Source: Candidatus Hadarchaeota archaeon (GTDB lineage Archaea > CAYQAE01 > CAYVLA01). Taken from it: a stretch of DNA of 64,000 nt. Under the pieces are notes generated by a model, which worked only from the letters and a program-made list of their open reading frames with translations, did no database searches and had not been told where the DNA came from. Shown piece by piece: positions 60,257-64,000 of the stretch (the first letter of the stretch is position 1; each line of letters starts with the position of its first letter). The stretch is taken from the NCBI GenBank assembly GCA_964621445.1, contig CAZUNO010000015.1, positions 1 through 64,000 on the forward strand, read 5' to 3'. The translations under genes and the position numbers were made by a program.

Positions 60257-60318
60257 CAGACGGCAGGAGCAAAGCTCTGTCCTGTAAAGGGCAGCAGGAT
60301 TTCCCTGTCTGCCGTCTG
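60257..60318 (+). ncRNA. Putative structured element: perfect four-way junction
   Basis: CAGACGGCAG/CTGCCGTCTG encloses GAGC-AAA-GCTC, TGTCCT-GTAA-AGGGCA and GCAGG-ATTTC-CCTGT with no unpaired junction bases. Confidence 0.45.
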
Positions 60319-60331
60319 GAACTCAGGCTTT

Positions 60332-60835
60332 TTATCTTTTTAATTTCTCTATTTCGCCGTCAAGTGAAATATATTTGTCTGCATTCAGTTGTAATGTCTT
60401 TGCTGTAGAATGGTCAAAACCAGCCACTTCAACTTGTTTCCCCATTTCTTTCACTGCTTGAATGGCTGGTAGGAAATCTTTATCCCCTGTGGCAACTACA
60501 GCAACATCATACATTTTTTTATGGCCACAAAGTAGTAGTTTAGTGGCCAAAGCAATATCAACACCTTTTTCGTAAAATTTACCTTCTTCTTTTTGTAGTT
60601 CGGTTTCAACTACTTCATAACCTATATACCTTAATTTGTTGTAAAAATTTGTTTGCTTTTGTACCGGGGGCTCTTTCACACTGACAAAAATATATGGCCT
60701 GATAAGCTTACGTTCAGATGTTAAAATTTCTTTTAGCTTTTCGTAGTCAATTTTTATTCCTATATCATTGGCTGAATGAAATAAGTTTGAGCCATCAATA
60801 AAAATCATTATCTTGTCTTGGGTATCTAACGCCAT
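60332..60835 (-). CDS. NYN domain (LabA/DUF88) protein
   Basis: IFIDGSNL, EKGVDIAL, ATGDKDF and GKQVEV motifs; AT-rich. Confidence 0.92.
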   Translation of the reverse strand: MALDTQDKIMIFIDGSNLFHSANDIGIKIDYEKLKEILTSERKLIRPYIFVSVKEPPVQKQTNFYNKLRYIGYEVVETELQKEEGKFYEKGVDIALATKLLLCGHKKMYDVAVVATGDKDFLPAIQAVKEMGKQVEVAGFDHSTAKTLQLNADKYISLDGEIEKLKR

Positions 60836-60887
60836 ACAACCATATCTAACTAATGTATATGTATAATAAGTTTTACCACGTCACTAT

Positions 60888-60941
60888 TCACGACCCGCAT
60901 TAGACAGCCACTTGTCACGCCCCGAATTTATAGACAGAACC
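60888..60941. repeat. Tandem imperfect repeat ending in a putative IS6-type terminal inverted repeat
   Basis: TCACGACCCGCATTAGACAGCC / TCACGCCCCGAATTTATAGACAGAACC; the reverse complement of the end is GGTTCTGTCTA, resembling IS6-family GGYWCTGT termini. Confidence 0.45.
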
Positions 60942-62042
60942 GAAGCTATTAGTCAGCCAAGCCACCAAGGCCGAAGCAAATGAGGTGACGTCATTCTTCT
61001 ACATAAGGCGACAATGCTTGCACCTCGTCCGCTGACAAATCACGTTGTTGGATATGCCTGAATAGAAGGTTTAGCTTGGGACCAATCTGGCCAAAGGTGT
61101 CGATATCACTGTGGTTGCTTGGATCTAGCGGTTGCCTCCCCCCTGCTTGGCGGGGGCACCGGAGCTTCACATCTCGGAATCTTGGAGTACCCTGCAACTA
61201 TGGGCGCGTAGGACATGTAGGGTGGGGCTACCTTCCTTCGAAGTTCATTGCACGGCTTTTGAATGGGTCGGGGGGCAAAACCTCTTTTCTCCGCCGCCCT
61301 TAAACGATCTTGATTACTAACTCAGTCAGCCGTTCGATTAGAGATCCATAGTACAGTACCGGGAAGACCATCACAGCCAAGAGAGATATCAACAGGGATA
61401 GGCTTCTCTGACAAGTCTATCAACCCAGATAGAATGAGCAGAGATAGAGCGTAAGCCGGAACCAAGTATATGAAGCGAGGTTCGCCGGGTTCACCGGGAT
61501 AAAGGAAGATTGAGGCTCCCACTCTATCGGTGTAGCTATGTCTAGGACTTAACTCTTGTTCCAATACATTTGTCGGAGATGAAAGGTTGGCGGGTTCTAT
61601 TTCGATGGTAAGACAGCGCTTCTGTAATCTGGGTGACTTCAGTCATCGGTCATTCTGAACGAACATAAAAGAGACCACAGGTATGAGGCGTCAAGTTAAT
61701 CGTATTATGTTGGCAATGAGTTTAGGCGGATAAGTCCCCCAGATTGTAGTGCAAGTTGGTTCCATGTGAATTGGAGAAGTCTATACGATGACCGACACAA
61801 TCTAGGTAAAGGAACATCATTCAGTTATGATCAATATCAAAACCTTGACAAATATGATGATCTCCGCAGTCTACAGCTTTTCTCAGCCCGATATATAGCC
61901 GAGACCCAGCGACCCGGGGGACCCCCTATCCCAGATATGCTTCGCAGGGCCAAGGACCTGATGCTAGGCAATTATGACTATATCACCCTGCATTTGCATT
62001 AGCTTATGCTTACTTCAAGTATAGAGAGAAGAAACCAAAAAA

Positions 62043-62369
62043 TTACTCTGTTTCTCTGTCTTCTGGTGCCTCCAGTTTCTGTTCGATGTGTTTTACAGTT
62101 TCCTTATCTATGAGAACCTTTACATGTTCTCCATCATATAGGTACAGAGGTTTCTTTGTTTCAGCTGCTAACTGGACGATTTCCCTGGGTACTCTCGACA
62201 CCGGAACGGACAGCATCAACAAACCTTTTTCATAGACGCCTACTGTGATTTGATCAAGGTGCCTCACCTCAAGTCTATCTCCCAAACGGTAAGACAACTT
62301 GTTCTCTATGTGGGTCAATATTTCGCTATCACTCTCGGTCACAGAACCATCTCCATCGAAAAGTTCCAT
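62043..62369 (-). CDS. Hypothetical protein
   Basis: 108-aa ORF with natural amino-acid composition, downstream of rps3. Confidence 0.6.
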   Translation of the reverse strand: MELFDGDGSVTESDSEILTHIENKLSYRLGDRLEVRHLDQITVGVYEKGLLMLSVPVSRVPREIVQLAAETKKPLYLYDGEHVKVLIDKETVKHIEQKLEAPEDRETE

Positions 62370-62495
62370 CTGGCTGTCATATAGGTCTTGGGCCTTACCT
62401 GAACCTGTTCATGGTGGTTCCTAACGGTAGCTTCAAGACCAGTATCAGGATGGCTATCCCCACCGCTATGGCGACAACCCTCCAAACCAACAATC

Positions 62496-63143
62496 CTAGC
62501 CATCCCCCTCGGGAAACTCCTCAGATTCCTCCTCTGGAGCGGCCTTCTCGGCCAAGCTGTCAAGATCCAGATCGTCCGGCATCTGTATGTCAGGGGGCAT
62601 TATCTTGACCCTTATACCCATCATGCCCTGCTTGAGGTCGGCGACGGCTAGTCCTTCCAGAACCTGGTTCGAGGGGTTACCGCATTTCTTTATCGAGCCG
62701 TCCACAAACCTCGCCGTTCTTGCATAACTACCACGAATCTTACCGGAGACGGTGATTTCACAGCCCTGGGCGCCGGCGTCCATTATCCTGTTCAGGGTGC
62801 CGTAGGCGGATCTTCTGAACCGTCTCCCTGCCTTTAGCATTGCCGCCAGGCGATTCCCCATCACTTGTGGGCTGAGCTCCGGAACCGGTACCTCCTCCAC
62901 CTCTATCTGGAGATTATCAAACCCGTATCTCTCCTGGAGGACCTTGGTCAAGCTCTTTATGTTCCTTCCTCTACGCCCGATCACCAGACCTGGACGCTCT
63001 GCATAAAGAACCATCCTAGTCCTCAGAGCGGTTCTCTTTATGTCCACGCCACTGAACTTGGCCCTCTGCAGCTTTCGCTCCAGAAACTCTGTAATATCTG
63101 CCTTTCTTATGCCTCGCTCAACAAATAGTCTTTCTCTAGCCAA
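62496..63143 (-). CDS. rps3: 30S ribosomal protein S3 (uS3), archaeal type
   Basis: AERPGLVIGRRG KH motif; FRRSAY, IMDAGAQGCEITVSGK and GMMGIRVKIMPP motifs; TTG start at 63143 likely. Confidence 0.96.
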   Translation of the reverse strand: MARERLFVERGIRKADITEFLERKLQRAKFSGVDIKRTALRTRMVLYAERPGLVIGRRGRNIKSLTKVLQERYGFDNLQIEVEEVPVPELSPQVMGNRLAAMLKAGRRFRRSAYGTLNRIMDAGAQGCEITVSGKIRGSYARTARFVDGSIKKCGNPSNQVLEGLAVADLKQGMMGIRVKIMPPDIQMPDDLDLDSLAEKAAPEEESEEFPEGDG

Positions 63144-63386
63144 ATCACTTGTCACCGAGCCAAATCTCAACCTTTTTGGGTGGGCTTGCGGGAGGAGACT
63201 ACACCTCCTCTTGCCCTATGGTTGAACCCCTTGACCGCAAAACATTTTCTTGAGCCAACGCCTCTGGGCCACCCCCCTTGCCCCAGACACGTTTCCCAGT
63301 ACCAACAACCTGGTGCTGGTGAACCATAGCTATATATAGAGCCCTGATAAATTCATTGTCGTTTACTAGGGGGTTGGCGATTGTAG

Positions 63387-63926
63387 GTGCCGAGAATTGA
63401 AGTTCAAAATATGGTAGCATTCGTAGATCTCAACACGGAGCTGGATCTAGAACGTCTGGCGTTCGAGCTGCCGCACAGTGAATATGTCCCTGACCGTTTC
63501 CCGGCGTTGGTAGTGAAATTCAAGAAGCCGAAAATATCGTTTCTGGTATTCCGGAACGGCAAGATAAATTGTACCGGTGCCGATCAGGTGGATAGCATAG
63601 AGCAAGGAGTGGCCAAGCTGGCGGAGCAGCTACGGGACCTCGATATCGAAATCCAGAAGGACCCCAAAATCAAGGTTGTCAACGTTGTAGCTACCGTGGA
63701 CTTGGGGCTGACCATGAACCTTGACGAGATCGCTTTGAACATCGAGAATGTGGAGTATGAGCCAGAGCAATTTCCGGGCCTGGTGTACAGGCCCTACCAG
63801 TCGAAGGCATCGGTCTTGGTTTTTACCACCGGAAAGTTGGTGATCGCCGGTCTAAAAGATAGGGACCAGGTTAGAGGAGTGGTGGATAGACTGATGGAAA
63901 GGCTAACCAAAGCAGGTTTAGCGTGA
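63387..63926 (+). CDS. tbp: TATA-box-binding protein
   Basis: Two repeats: QNMVA...EYVPDRFPAL...GKINCTGA and VNVVA...EYEPEQFPGLVYR...GKLVIAG. Confidence 0.96.
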   Translation: MPRIEVQNMVAFVDLNTELDLERLAFELPHSEYVPDRFPALVVKFKKPKISFLVFRNGKINCTGADQVDSIEQGVAKLAEQLRDLDIEIQKDPKIKVVNVVATVDLGLTMNLDEIALNIENVEYEPEQFPGLVYRPYQSKASVLVFTTGKLVIAGLKDRDQVRGVVDRLMERLTKAGLA

Positions 63927-64000
63927 TAGGTTACAAATACCTCGAAGTTGAGATCCTTTATGCTCGGATGTAGAGGGCACCGCCAAAACAATGGAGCCTC

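Noticed and set aside
63199-63420. 73-aa minus-strand ORF as a remnant of rpl22
   Set aside because: No resemblance to uL22 motifs, and it overlaps the tbp start and promoter.

Overview
Archaeal genomic window, moderately GC-rich with several visibly AT-richer islands. Archaeal origin is supported by TBP, archaeal-type uS3, a DHH/RecJ-like nuclease, a geranylgeranyl reductase family enzyme and TATA boxes just upstream of apparently leaderless genes; the lineage cannot be fixed from sequence alone. Housekeeping genes include purA, glyA, feoB with a DtxR/FeoA regulator and its operator, larA, a P-type ATPase, an MthK-like K+ channel, a Rad50-like ATPase, rps3 and tbp. They are mixed with carbohydrate/organic-matter catabolic genes (GH106-like, GH4, sulfatase, BNR/sialidase-like, ADP-ribosylglycohydrolase, three URO-D/MtaA-family proteins). 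Most notable observations: (1) five dispersed paralogues of an exported GATase1-like protein with a highly conserved C-terminal helical + transmembrane + basic-tail module; (2) a tRNA with a serine-type body but a GAA (Phe) anticodon, enclosed by a second CCA-ending stem and next to a VapBC pair; (3) a stand-alone C4HC3 (PHD-like) zinc finger; (4) an AT-rich C39-peptidase + unknown-protein pair; (5) a perfect four-way-junction element between an IS6-like transposase remnant and an NYN nuclease gene; (6) rps3 outside the S10 operon. Region 53.4-62 kb is largely a mosaic of gene remnants. All family assignments come from recognising motifs by eye, not from database searches.
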